Shown in pieces: positions 47,630 to 56,555 of a DNA stretch of 64,000 bases. Positions within the stretch are counted from its first letter, which is position 1. Each line of letters begins with the position of its first letter. Under the pieces are notes generated by a model. That model was given only the letters and a program-made list of their open reading frames with translations, searched no databases and had not been told where the DNA came from. The translations under genes and the position numbers were made by a program. The DNA comes from an uncultured Candidatus Saccharibacteria bacterium. Lineage in GTDB: Bacteria > Patescibacteriota > Minisyncoccia > UBA6257. The stretch covers positions 80,642 through 144,641 of the forward strand of contig CAYZJA010000001.1 of the NCBI GenBank assembly GCA_964479005.1. The letters run 5' to 3'.

Positions 47630-48406
47630 GTGCTTACAAAATTTATTCAAAAATTGCGAAAAAAGAATAATATGACGCAGGAATTTTTGGCGTCCGAGTT
47701 GAATATCTCTCGTCCTACTTATGTTCAAATAGAACAAGGCGAACGGGATTTAACTATCACCGAAGCGGAAAAACTAGCTTCTATTTTTGGAATTTCTTTT
47801 GAAGATTTTAGACATGGAAAAGATTCTTCAATTACCGCAAAAATTGAAAAGAATAAAATCAAACCAAAAATAGGAAAACAAGAGATAAGAATTAACGTCC
47901 CGCAAAAAAATCTTAAAAAATTTAAGGAAGTTTTACTTTATGTTTTGTCAAAAGTCGGCGGTAAATCAAATGTCGGCGAAGCGGTATTATATAAACTGCT
48001 TTATTTTATTGATTTTGATTTTTACGAAAAATTTGAGGAACAATTGATTGGCGCGACATATATTAAAAATCATTATGGGCCAACTCCTGTTGAGTTTAAA
48101 GCTATTATTGGCAATATGATTCAAAACGATGAAGTCGTAAAAGTTGAGGGAAAATATTTTAATTATCCACAAAGAAAATATCTGCCAGTTAGACGGCCAG
48201 ATCTTAATGTTTTATCTGGACGAGAGATAGAACATATTGATGATGTTTTGGCGCGTCTTGCTGATAAAAATGCTAAAGAAATGGAAAATTACTCCCATGA
48301 AGATATTCCGTGGAAAACGGCGGAAAATGGCAAACCACTTTCCTACGAAAGTGTTTTTTATCGTGACGAACGTTATTCTGTAAGAAATTATGAAGACGAA
48401 CTTTAA
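47630..48406 (+). CDS. XRE-family HTH fused to a Panacea (DUF4065) domain; putative antitoxin
   Basis: N-terminal MTQEFLASELNISRPTYVQIEQGERDLTITEAEKLASIFG (HTH_XRE). C-terminal AVLYKLLYFIDFDFYEKFEEQLIGATYIKNHYGPTPVEF matches the Panacea core. Confidence 0.55.
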   Translation: MLTKFIQKLRKKNNMTQEFLASELNISRPTYVQIEQGERDLTITEAEKLASIFGISFEDFRHGKDSSITAKIEKNKIKPKIGKQEIRINVPQKNLKKFKEVLLYVLSKVGGKSNVGEAVLYKLLYFIDFDFYEKFEEQLIGATYIKNHYGPTPVEFKAIIGNMIQNDEVVKVEGKYFNYPQRKYLPVRRPDLNVLSGREIEHIDDVLARLADKNAKEMENYSHEDIPWKTAENGKPLSYESVFYRDERYSVRNYEDEL

Positions 48407-48725
48407 TGAACTATCTGAATTTTCTAAGGAATTTAAGCGGTTTTCAAAAAAATATAAATCGTTATATGATGACTTAGAAGAGTTTAAGCGCATCGTTGAT
48501 GTTGTACCATTAGGAAATAGCAAGCATTTTAATATTATTACACAAAACGAGCAATGCACCGTTATTAAGGCTCGTTTCTTTTGTCGTTATTTAAAACACT
48601 CTTCTTTAAGGATTATCTACGCTTTTTACAGCCAAAATTGTAAAATTGAGTTTATTGAGATATATTTTAAAGGCGAAAAAAATAATGAGGATCGCGAGAG
48701 AATCAAAGATTACTTGAAAGATTAA
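48390..48725 (+). CDS. RelE/ParE-superfamily type II toxin-like protein
   Basis: 111 aa, overlaps the upstream gene by 17 nt. ...RIIYAFYSQNCKIEFIEIYFKGEK resembles the RelE/YafQ C-terminal beta-strands. Confidence 0.45.
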   Translation: MKTNFNELSEFSKEFKRFSKKYKSLYDDLEEFKRIVDVVPLGNSKHFNIITQNEQCTVIKARFFCRYLKHSSLRIIYAFYSQNCKIEFIEIYFKGEKNNEDRERIKDYLKD

Positions 48726-48734
48726 AAATAGATT

Positions 48735-49202
48735 TTGTTATTCTCTCACAGAAAATTTATGGATAAAAGAATAATCAGGGAAAAATTGGATTTAATCAGA
48801 GGAGAAGTTATCTCATCCGCCACAAGAGTTGAGTTCGTTCTCGGCTATCGCTTAAGAAGGTATTTTTTTCCTAAAAGTAATAATAAAGCAACAATTCTTT
48901 TTTGGAATGTTATGAATACTCCTTACCTTACTTTTGATAATAAAATTAGTATTTATGAATCAATACCTTATTTTAAAAAATTGAAAGGTTATCCTACTAT
49001 TAAAAAATCTTTGAGATTTGTTCAGAGGTTGAGAAATACAATGGCTCATTGGGATTTAGATGAAAAGAAAAGCGATCTTAAAAATATTTTTATGTTCACA
49101 TTAGTTGGGAAATATAGAAAAATAACAATTAACGATAACTTGATTGAAAATTATAGAAAACAGATTACTTTTCTTCTAAAAAAATTTGGTTATAGTAGAT
49201 GA
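48735..49202 (+). CDS. short Abi_2 (AbiD/AbiF)-like HEPN protein
   Basis: VQRLRNTMAHWD matches the RNxxAH HEPN motif of Abi_2 family proteins. Confidence 0.4.
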   Translation: MLFSHRKFMDKRIIREKLDLIRGEVISSATRVEFVLGYRLRRYFFPKSNNKATILFWNVMNTPYLTFDNKISIYESIPYFKKLKGYPTIKKSLRFVQRLRNTMAHWDLDEKKSDLKNIFMFTLVGKYRKITINDNLIENYRKQITFLLKKFGYSR

Positions 49203-49276
49203 AGCTTGACGAGGGATTATCTATTTAGATGAAATCTTTTTTGTTTTCTCACTCTTATCTTAAAAAGATAATATAC

Positions 49277-50359
49277 TCAAATTATTCTTCCGCCGCCTAA
49301 GCATTTATCCTTTTGATAAAATACAGCAAATTGACCTGGGCAGGGAGCAAAGACGCCTTTTTTAAAGATAATCTTTAATTTTCTTTTTTCTGGAATTAAA
49401 CAAGCTTGCGATAGTTTTTGTTGATAGCGGGTTTTAACTTGCGCATGAATAGATTTTATCATTCTTTTTCCTGAAATCAAATGATATGGAAAAACAAACA
49501 GCTCTTTTTTATAAAGAGTTTTCTTATTTTTAGTAACAAAAAGTGTGTTTTTATTCTTATCCCAGCCTGCTACAAAATATGGACCCCCAGATAATTTTAT
49601 ACCTTTTCGTTGGCCTAAAGTAAAAAAATGTAGCCCTTGATGTTTAGTCAGTATATTTCCTTTTAAATCTAAAACTGGTCCTTGTTTTTCACCAACCTTT
49701 TCTTTAAGAAAGGGACAAACTGATTGGCCAGCAACAAAGCAGAAATCTTGGCTTTGTTTTTTCTTAATAAAAAATTTGAAACCTTGCTTTTTAGCAATTT
49801 TATATATGTCTTTTTTTATATAATTTGCTAATGGAAAAATAATATGAGCAAGATATTTTTGTGGTAATAAGCATAAATTATATGATTGGTCTTTATTTTT
49901 ATCTCGCGCTTTTAAAAGCTCATATTTTTTGGTTCTATTGTTTAATCTGAGTCGCGCATAGTGGCCAGTGGCGATATATTGAATCTTGTGTTTTCTTGCC
50001 CATTGCAATAACTGTTTAAATTTAAAATTAGGGTTACAAATAACGCAGGGGTTTGGAGTTCTTAGATTTTTCCATTCGGAAATAAAATAATCAACAACTT
50101 CTTTTTGAAAATCTTTTCTGGCATCTATAATATAGTAGGGGACATCTAGTTTTTTGCAAATGTTCTTGGCGATTTTCAAAGACTCCTTAGTGCAAAAAGG
50201 GTTTTCTTTAAAAGGATTTAATTTGTTTTGCCAGATAGGTAGTTTTAAAGAAACGCCAATTGGGTTCCACCCTTGCTTTTTTAATAATATTAAAGCCATG
50301 GAAGAATCTATTCCACCTGACATTCCAACAACAATTTTTTTACCCTTACCTAATTCCAT
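49277..50359 (-). CDS. mnmA: tRNA-specific 2-thiouridylase
   Basis: KKIVVGMSGGIDSSMA PP-loop; catalytic Cys region. Confidence 0.9.
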   Translation of the reverse strand: MELGKGKKIVVGMSGGIDSSMALILLKKQGWNPIGVSLKLPIWQNKLNPFKENPFCTKESLKIAKNICKKLDVPYYIIDARKDFQKEVVDYFISEWKNLRTPNPCVICNPNFKFKQLLQWARKHKIQYIATGHYARLRLNNRTKKYELLKARDKNKDQSYNLCLLPQKYLAHIIFPLANYIKKDIYKIAKKQGFKFFIKKKQSQDFCFVAGQSVCPFLKEKVGEKQGPVLDLKGNILTKHQGLHFFTLGQRKGIKLSGGPYFVAGWDKNKNTLFVTKNKKTLYKKELFVFPYHLISGKRMIKSIHAQVKTRYQQKLSQACLIPEKRKLKIIFKKGVFAPCPGQFAVFYQKDKCLGGGRII

Positions 50360-50829
50360 TCCTTATACTTTTCTTCAATTATCTTTTTTTCTTTTTCTAC
50401 TCTTTTATGATGTTTTTCCAATTCTTCTGATATTTCAATTTTGTTTTTTAAAAAATAATTATAAATCGCCTCTTTTAGGGAATCGGCAGCTAAAATCGAA
50501 CAATGGAGCTTAAAAGGTGGCAAAGGTTTACCCAATTTGTTTATTAAGTCTTCTTTTGCTATCTTTAATACTTTTTCAATTTTCTTGCCCTTTACTAAGG
50601 TAGTAAGTAAACTGGTATTGGCGATAGCAACAACGCAACCTAAGGTTTCGAATTTTATATCTTTGATAATCTTTCCGCCTTTTTTATTTTCTCCGATTTT
50701 CAAATAAATATTCATTATATCACCACAAAGAAAATTACCAGCACTACCTGCGCCGTCGGGATTTTTAATTTTACCCACATTCCTCGGTTTTTTAAAATGT
50801 TTAATTATTTCTTTTGAATAAATTGCCAT
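50350..50829 (-). CDS. iscU: Fe-S cluster assembly scaffold (IscU/NifU N-terminal domain)
   Basis: NPDGAGSAGNFLCGDIMNIY...ETLGCVVAIA...HCSILAADSLKEAI, three conserved Cys. Confidence 0.85.
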   Translation of the reverse strand: MAIYSKEIIKHFKKPRNVGKIKNPDGAGSAGNFLCGDIMNIYLKIGENKKGGKIIKDIKFETLGCVVAIANTSLLTTLVKGKKIEKVLKIAKEDLINKLGKPLPPFKLHCSILAADSLKEAIYNYFLKNKIEISEELEKHHKRVEKEKKIIEEKYKEWN

Positions 50830-50833
50830 GAAT

Positions 50834-52000
50834 TTATTTTTTAAATGGAGATATTTTTCTTAATTTTTTTATGGCTTTTGACAGTATTTTAAGCAGATAA
50901 TTAATATCTTGTTCTGTAGTCCATCTTCCTATTGTTAATCTCAAAGAACTATGTGCTTGTTCTGGTCGTAATCCGCATGCCAAAAGAATATGGCTAGGTT
51001 CTAATTTTTCAGAAGAACAGGCAGAACCAGTAGAAGCGGCAATTCCATAGGAGTTTAAATTCATTACAATAGATTCACCTTCAACATAAGAAAACCAAAA
51101 ATTAGCATTATTAGGCAATCGTTTTTTGCCATGGCCATTAAGATGAGAATCTGGTATTTTCTTCAAAACTTCATTAATTAGCTTATCTCTTAACTTGATT
51201 TGTCTTTTTGATTCTTTTTTCATTTCTTTTTCACAGATTTCTATTGCTTTTCCAAACCCTACAATTGCCGGAACATTAACAGTTGATGCTCTTAATCCAA
51301 ATTCATGGCCTCCGCCGTGAATTAATGGTTCTATTTTTGTTCCTTTTTTAACATATAACAAAGCCGCGCCTTTTGGCCCATAGATTTTATGTGAAGAAGC
51401 AGTTAATAAATTAACTTTCATTTTCTGTACATCAAGAGGCATTTTTCCAAAACTTTGGACTGCGTCAGTATGAAAATATACTTTTTTCTTTTCACAGATT
51501 TTTCCTATTTTTTCAATTGGTTCAATAGTTCCTATCTCATTGCTCCCATGAATAATTGATACTAATATTGTATCTTTTCTTATGGCTTTTTCTATTTCTT
51601 TTGGATCGATCATGCCATATTTATTGACTTTTATTTTTGTAAGCTCAAAACCTTGTTTTTCTAACCATTCAGCGCTGTTTAAAACGCAGCTATGTTCAAT
51701 AGAGGAAATAATAATGTGTTTGCCCTTGTTTTGGTTAGCAAAAGCTATTCCCTTAATAGCAAGATTATTACTTTCTGTTGCTGAGCTTGTAAAGATTATT
51801 TCATTTTTATTTTTCGCATTAAGGACTTTTGACATTATTGAGCGGCTTTTTTCCAGAGCTTTTTTTGCTTCTTCACCAAAACTATGCAAAGAAACAGAAT
51901 TCCCAAATTTTTCTGTAAAATAAGGAAGCATCGCCTTTAATACGCGAGAATCAACAGGAGTAGTAGCAGCATAATCCAAATATGTTTTTGTAATTTTCAT
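50834..52000 (-). CDS. iscS: cysteine desulfurase (class V aminotransferase)
   Basis: YLDYAATTP...SSHKIYGPKGAALLYV...SACSS. Confidence 0.9.
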   Translation of the reverse strand: MKITKTYLDYAATTPVDSRVLKAMLPYFTEKFGNSVSLHSFGEEAKKALEKSRSIMSKVLNAKNKNEIIFTSSATESNNLAIKGIAFANQNKGKHIIISSIEHSCVLNSAEWLEKQGFELTKIKVNKYGMIDPKEIEKAIRKDTILVSIIHGSNEIGTIEPIEKIGKICEKKKVYFHTDAVQSFGKMPLDVQKMKVNLLTASSHKIYGPKGAALLYVKKGTKIEPLIHGGGHEFGLRASTVNVPAIVGFGKAIEICEKEMKKESKRQIKLRDKLINEVLKKIPDSHLNGHGKKRLPNNANFWFSYVEGESIVMNLNSYGIAASTGSACSSEKLEPSHILLACGLRPEQAHSSLRLTIGRWTTEQDINYLLKILSKAIKKLRKISPFKK

Positions 52001-52070
52001 AATTCAATCAATTTTAGCACAAAGAAAATGAGTTTACAATTCTTATAATTTCTGTTAATTTATATAAAGA

Positions 52071-52144
52071 ACGCCGGGGTAACTCAGTGGTAGAGTAGCT
52101 GTTTCGTAAACAGCAAGTCGCGAGTTCGAATCTCGCCTCCGGCT
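52071..52144 (+). tRNA. tRNA-Thr(CGT)
   Basis: GCCGGGG-TA-ACTC-AGTGGTA-GAGT-A-GCTGT-TTCGTAA-ACAGC-AAGTC-GCGAG-TTCGAAT-CTCGC-CTCCGGC-T-CA. Confidence 0.9.
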
Positions 52145-52163
52145 CAGTAATTTTTATTCCTTG

Positions 52164-52192
52164 ACTTGATTTTACTTTGCTCTATAATTATG
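52164..52192 (+). promoter_or_regulatory. sigma70-like promoter TTGACT-N17-TATAAT
   Basis: ccttgacttgattttactttgctctataat. Confidence 0.5.
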
Positions 52193-52229
52193 CATTAGGG
52201 TAATGGCAGGAAAAAAGGAGGTGTTTGTT

Positions 52230-52571
52230 ATGAGAATTAAAAGAACAATCTCTGGACCAAAAAGAAACACCCCCTCTACTTATGGACAGGAACTTTCTAT
52301 GGCCAAAAACGTTGTGGAAAGTACATTAAGTAGTAAAAATAAGCAACTGATAGAATATATTTTATCAGTTGCTAAATTGAAAATTAGAGGCGATAATTTT
52401 TTCGCTACTAAGATAAAAAAACTTTCAGATAGGGTAATGATAAACGGGGGTGTTTTAATGAAAAAAACCAGGAGAATCAATCTTTACATTTACAACATGG
52501 ATTTAAGGTCAACGCAAGAATTGATTGATAAAGCCCGAAGTATTTTAGAGGTAAATAAAAATGCAGCTTAA
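52230..52571 (+). CDS. hypothetical protein; start moved to ATG 52230, which follows a strong AAAAGGAGGTG RBS
   Basis: Basic, no recognisable motif. Confidence 0.4.
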   Translation: MRIKRTISGPKRNTPSTYGQELSMAKNVVESTLSSKNKQLIEYILSVAKLKIRGDNFFATKIKKLSDRVMINGGVLMKKTRRINLYIYNMDLRSTQELIDKARSILEVNKNAA

Positions 52572-52626
52572 TAAATTAACAAACAAAGTAAAACAATACA
52601 TCCTGCCATTGCCTTACCCTACTTAC

Positions 52627-52654
52627 TTGACAAAAAAATTAGATTCTATATACT
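52627..52654 (+). promoter_or_regulatory. sigma70-like promoter TTGACA-N16-TATACT, followed by a ~110-nt leader upstream of rplJ (possible L10 autoregulatory leader)
   Basis: cttgacaaaaaaattagattctatatact; leader gtttcccaagacatcaggcagcgattaagcataaggcctggtaagg. Confidence 0.45.
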
Positions 52655-52769
52655 TAAGTAAAGTTTCCCAAGACATCAGGCAGCGATTAAGCATAAGGCC
52701 TGGTAAGGAATAAATTTAATGTTTTTATATTCTATCTGTGGGAAACCACAGATTTTTAATTATTTTTTT

Positions 52770-53288
52770 ATGATTTCTAAAGAAAAAAAGGAACAAATTA
52801 TTAAAGAATTATCAGAACAGATAAAAAAAGCCAAGGCAATTTATTTTGCCAAATTTTTAGGACTAAAAGTTTCTGAAATGAATGAATTACGCCAAGAATT
52901 GAAAAAAGATAATGCTAAAGCGAGAGTAGTAAAAAAGAACCTGGCTAAAATTGTTTTTTCTCAGAAAGGTTATAAAGACGAGATTTCTAATGATGAAGCA
53001 AATTCTTTTATGGTTAATTTTGCTTTTGATGATCCGATTAGCACAGCTAAAGTACTTTGGAATTTTTCCAAAAAGAATGATAAATTTCAAATTTTGGGAG
53101 GAGTAACAGACGGAGTGTTCTTAGACGCAGAAAAAGTAATAAGATTAGCAAAGATACCATCAAAAGATATACTTTTAGGTCGATTAGTTGGTTCAATAGC
53201 TTCTCCAATACAACGATTATTATATGTCTTAAATGGAAATATTCAGAAATTAGTTGTGGTATTGGAAGGCATAAAAGCAACAAAATAA
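52770..53288 (+). CDS. rplJ: 50S ribosomal protein L10; start at ATG 52770
   Basis: MISKEKKEQIIKELSEQIKKAKAIYFAKFLGLKVSEMNELRQELKKDNAKARVVKKNLAKI. Confidence 0.9.
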   Translation: MISKEKKEQIIKELSEQIKKAKAIYFAKFLGLKVSEMNELRQELKKDNAKARVVKKNLAKIVFSQKGYKDEISNDEANSFMVNFAFDDPISTAKVLWNFSKKNDKFQILGGVTDGVFLDAEKVIRLAKIPSKDILLGRLVGSIASPIQRLLYVLNGNIQKLVVVLEGIKATK

Positions 53289-53318
53289 TTCATTTAATAA
53301 TTTAGTAATATAATTATC

Positions 53319-53753
53319 ATGGCAGAAAAAAAAGAAGAAAAAAAAGAGGAAAAGAAAGAAAAAAAAGTTTCTGAAAAATTACAGGAAATAATGAAAAAAG
53401 TTGAGGAATTGACCGTTATAGAATTGGCAGATTTAGTTAAGGCATTAGAAGATAAATTCGGTGTTTCTGCTGCTCCTCAAGCAGTAGCCTCAGCTGGCGC
53501 AGCTGGCGTTGGCGAAGGTGAAGAGAGAGCTGAAGAAAAAAAAGAAACAGTTTCTGTAATTCTTAAAGATGCTGGTCAGGCAAAAGTGCAAATAATCAAG
53601 GAAATAAAGGAAATTATGGGTTTGGGGCTGAAAGAAGCAAAAGATTTAGTAGATGCTGCTCCAAAAGCGTTAAAAGAGAATATTTCTGTGTCTGAAGCAG
53701 AAGAAATTAAGAAAAAATTAGAAGAAGCTGGCGCTACAGTAGAGATAAAATAA
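53319..53753 (+). CDS. rplL: 50S ribosomal protein L7/L12 with K/E-rich N-terminal extension
   Basis: [24 protein letters not shown]...[64 protein letters not shown]. Confidence 0.95.
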   Translation: MAEKKEEKKEEKKEKKVSEKLQEIMKKVEELTVIELADLVKALEDKFGVSAAPQAVASAGAAGVGEGEERAEEKKETVSVILKDAGQAKVQIIKEIKEIMGLGLKEAKDLVDAAPKALKENISVSEAEEIKKKLEEAGATVEIK

Positions 53754-53777
53754 TACGAAAGTGTAAAAGCGAAAAGT

Positions 53778-53851
53778 GCGCGTGTAGCTCAGTTGGTTAG
53801 AGCGTACGATTCACATTCGTAAGGTCTCTGGTTCGAATCCAGACACGCGCA
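53778..53851 (+). tRNA. tRNA-Val(CAC)
   Basis: GCGCGTG-TA-GCTC-AGTTGGTTA-GAGC-G-TACGA-TTCACAT-TCGTA-AGGTC-TCTGG-TTCGAAT-CCAGA-CACGCGC-A. Confidence 0.9.
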
Positions 53852-53969
53852 CTGGTAATTTCAAGTTCTTGACTAATAGTTAAAGGTTGTTATACTTTAA
53901 ATGTAGAAGAAAATTAAATAAAAAAGGTCGATAAAACTTTAAAATAATTATAATTGGAATTTTAAAAAT

Positions 53970-54170
53970 ATGAATAAAACCTGGTTAATCATAGCACTTG
54001 CAGTATTAGTAGTGGTTATTATTATGATCGTTCGTAGTGCAGGAGCGCCAACTGATGTTCCTGAAACAACAACTACTACTGAGGCAGTTGTAGATGAAGT
54101 TTTGCCTTTAGAAGGTGAAACAGTCGAAGATGAAGTTTCAGAAGATGAAGCAGTGGTTCCTGTTGAATAG
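53970..54170 (+). CDS. small membrane-anchored protein with acidic T/E/V-rich tail
   Basis: N-terminal TM helix; AAAAAAGGTCGAT motif 43 nt upstream. Confidence 0.45.
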   Translation: MNKTWLIIALAVLVVVIIMIVRSAGAPTDVPETTTTTEAVVDEVLPLEGETVEDEVSEDEAVVPVE

Positions 54171-54192
54171 ACGATTTTTAAAAAGACCTGTT

Positions 54193-54227
54193 ATATTTGA
54201 TATAGCAGGTCTTTTTCTTTATACATA
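54193..54227 (+). terminator. intrinsic terminator
   Basis: aagacctgttatatttgatatagcaggtctttttc. Confidence 0.65.
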
Positions 54228-54246
54228 AAGTTATCCACAATGGGAC

Positions 54247-54274
54247 TTGACAAGATTTAAATGTTTGCTATACT
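54247..54274 (+). promoter_or_regulatory. sigma70-like promoter TTGACA-N16-TATACT (sRNA copy 2)
   Basis: gggacttgacaagatttaaatgtttgctatact. Confidence 0.6.
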
Positions 54275-54280
54275 ACGGAT

Positions 54281-54342
54281 GCTGTCGTTTGGAAGTATTT
54301 GTTAGCTTGCTAATGGATATGGAAGAGTGGCAGCATTTTTTT
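54281..54342 (+). ncRNA. small RNA / structured leader, copy 2
   Basis: ACGGATGCTGTCGTTTGGAAGTATTTGTTAGCTTGCTAATGGATATGGAAGAGTGGCAGCAT then U7. Conserved core GTAGCTTGCTA; terminal stem ATGCTG / CAGCAT. Confidence 0.5.
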
Positions 54343-54366
54343 ATACTTACATAATAACAAAAGATA

Positions 54367-54427
54367 CGAAGAATTGTCCTTCATATTTTTGATTGACTTT
54401 ATTAATAAGACGTGATATAGTAAAAAT
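54367..54427 (+). promoter_or_regulatory. TTGACT-N17-TATAGT promoter followed immediately by a hairpin and U-tract
   Basis: ttgactttattaataagacgtgatatagt then aaaaatgctcttaattgagcattttttt. Confidence 0.3.
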
Positions 54428-54571
54428 GCTCTTAATTGAGCATTTTTTTGTACTTTGACATTTAAAATATATAGCCGTAACAGGGAAAATTCTTTGTTAT
54501 TGGAGATAAAAGATAGATTATTAAATGATTTGATTAGTAAAAAATAAATTTAAATAAAGGAGGAAAGAAAG

Positions 54572-55285
54572 ATGAAAAGGAAGTTAGTTATAGTTTTTGT
54601 TTTGTTTATTTTAGTGCTGAGTTTTACTCCAATTTTGAAACACTGGTCTTCAGAATGGGAATTGAATGCCCCAGTGTTATTGGATAGCGTTCAATTATCG
54701 AATGATTGCCGTATATTGTTGGGATCGTATTATTCAAGCGGGGTGATTTATCAGGATAATTCTTTTGAATTTATTACTCATTCATCTGATGTGTTTTCTG
54801 ATGTAAATGGTTTTAGGCCCTATCCTTGGGGAGGAGAAGTGTTTTCAGGAGAAATATCTTTTTTATGTTCCCTTGATAATTATACAGGATTCAGATCATT
54901 TATGATCCAGGGGAAACAGAAAGATGATCATGGCGCCATTGCTGTTCCTGGTTTACTGTCAAAACCAAATGTAGAATCAGGAGAATTATATTATCTATCG
55001 TTTTGGGTGAAATATGATATTCAAGAAGGAGGATTTAGGCTTACACAACAATTCTTTCGTAAGCAAGACAGCGAATATCCTCATTATGCTTGCTATGGTT
55101 CTTTGATTAAAGGTAATAGTAATAAACGCTGGGAGTATGTAGGTTTAATTGTTCAGGCACCAATTGATGCTTGGAAAGGAGATCCAGTATTAGAATTGAA
55201 AGGCAAGGGATTTGTTTTAGTTGATGATGTTTATTTCGGAAAGATAGAAATAATAAAGGAGGTGAATAAAGGTGAGATTCTTTAG
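54572..55285 (+). CDS. secreted hypothetical protein
   Basis: GGAGG RBS; signal peptide / TM anchor; aromatic-rich. Confidence 0.5.
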   Translation: MKRKLVIVFVLFILVLSFTPILKHWSSEWELNAPVLLDSVQLSNDCRILLGSYYSSGVIYQDNSFEFITHSSDVFSDVNGFRPYPWGGEVFSGEISFLCSLDNYTGFRSFMIQGKQKDDHGAIAVPGLLSKPNVESGELYYLSFWVKYDIQEGGFRLTQQFFRKQDSEYPHYACYGSLIKGNSNKRWEYVGLIVQAPIDAWKGDPVLELKGKGFVLVDDVYFGKIEIIKEVNKGEIL

Positions 55286-56555
55286 AAAATTAGGTATTTT
55301 TTCTTTTGAGGATTTTGTCTATGCCGGTTCTACTTTTGTGCTCGCGATGTATGTCATTTGTATTCTTGTAATTACTCTTTTCCAAATAACAGGGCAATCA
55401 GTAATTTTTAGCAGCCGTTTTTCACTCTGTTCTTTGGACATTCAATTTCCTTTTTTCTTAATTATTTGCATCATCCTGATGTATTTGAGTATGTTTATCT
55501 GGATTTTTATGGGATTTGCAGGTATATTTTATAGAAAAAAGGTAGATTTGAAGCAAGAAGATGATTCTACTCTAATATCAGTTCTTATCCCTGCGCATAA
55601 TGAAGAAGATGTTATAGAAGGTATTTTGGGAGATTTAGTAGCGCAAGAATATAAGAACTTAGAGATTATCGTATTAGCTCATAATTGTACTGATTCCACA
55701 ATATCCAGAGCGCAATCAGTAGATGATTCAAGGATTCAAATATTGGATATAAGAACTCGTAAGTCAGGAAAAGCATTAGCCCTTAACAGAGGATTAGAAG
55801 AAGTAAAAGGAGAAATTATTGCTCTATTTGATACTGACAACAGGATAAAAGATAAAAAATTCTTTAATCGAGCAATAGTATATTTCAGAGACGAAACCAT
55901 TGATGCTATCCAAACCGAACTTGCTACAAGTAACAGATCTGCTTCTTTGTTGACTTTTCTTCAGGAAGTAGAATATGATACTTTCTCTTCAATATCCTGG
56001 CGTGGTAGGGATGTTCTAGGTCTTCCTTGTTTTTTAGCAGGAACAGGTATTTTTATCCGAACAAAAACCTTAAGAGAGATGGGTGGATGGAAAAATTCCT
56101 TGGTGGAAGATTTTGAACTTTTTACTAGATTGACTTTGGAAAAGAAGAAGATAGTTTTTGCTGATAATCTTGTTGTTTATGATGAAAAACCGCCATCTTG
56201 GAGTGGAATAATGAAACAAAGATCACGTTGGATAAAAGGTCATTTGAAGGTTACTTGGGATAATCTAGATAAGTTTGGAAATTGGTTGGACTATATTTAT
56301 CGCTTGACTCCTTTAGCTGTTTTTGCATGGTGGGCATCAAATTTCCTATACTGGTTTTACTATCTAACTGGCCAAATTTCTATTTTTAATGTAACAGGAT
56401 GGATTTGGTTAAGTTGGACTTTTGCCTTCTTTGCTCTTCCTACTTATAATAGTATAAAAAAACGCAGTTGGAAAGGGGTTTTATTTTTGCCTGTTTATTG
56501 GTTCTTTGTTTTTCACTTGCTGTGGGCAAGTTTATACAGTTTAGGAGTGAAATGA
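55272..56555 (+). CDS. membrane-embedded family-2 glycosyltransferase (processive synthase type, PgaC/CelA-like)
   Basis: N-terminal TM region; VLIPAHNEE; FDTDN (DxD); VEDFELF; QRSRW (QxxRW); C-terminal TM helices. Confidence 0.7.
   Translation: MRFFRKLGIFSFEDFVYAGSTFVLAMYVICILVITLFQITGQSVIFSSRFSLCSLDIQFPFFLIICIILMYLSMFIWIFMGFAGIFYRKKVDLKQEDDSTLISVLIPAHNEEDVIEGILGDLVAQEYKNLEIIVLAHNCTDSTISRAQSVDDSRIQILDIRTRKSGKALALNRGLEEVKGEIIALFDTDNRIKDKKFFNRAIVYFRDETIDAIQTELATSNRSASLLTFLQEVEYDTFSSISWRGRDVLGLPCFLAGTGIFIRTKTLREMGGWKNSLVEDFELFTRLTLEKKKIVFADNLVVYDEKPPSWSGIMKQRSRWIKGHLKVTWDNLDKFGNWLDYIYRLTPLAVFAWWASNFLYWFYYLTGQISIFNVTGWIWLSWTFAFFALPTYNSIKKRSWKGVLFLPVYWFFVFHLLWASLYSLGVK

Noticed and set aside
54367-54427. 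Independent sRNA at the TTGACT-N17-TATAGT promoter
   Set aside because: The hairpin and U-tract start about 4 nt after the -10 element, leaving essentially no transcript. More likely a bidirectional terminator next to a fortuitous promoter-like sequence. Recorded as a low-confidence regulatory feature only.
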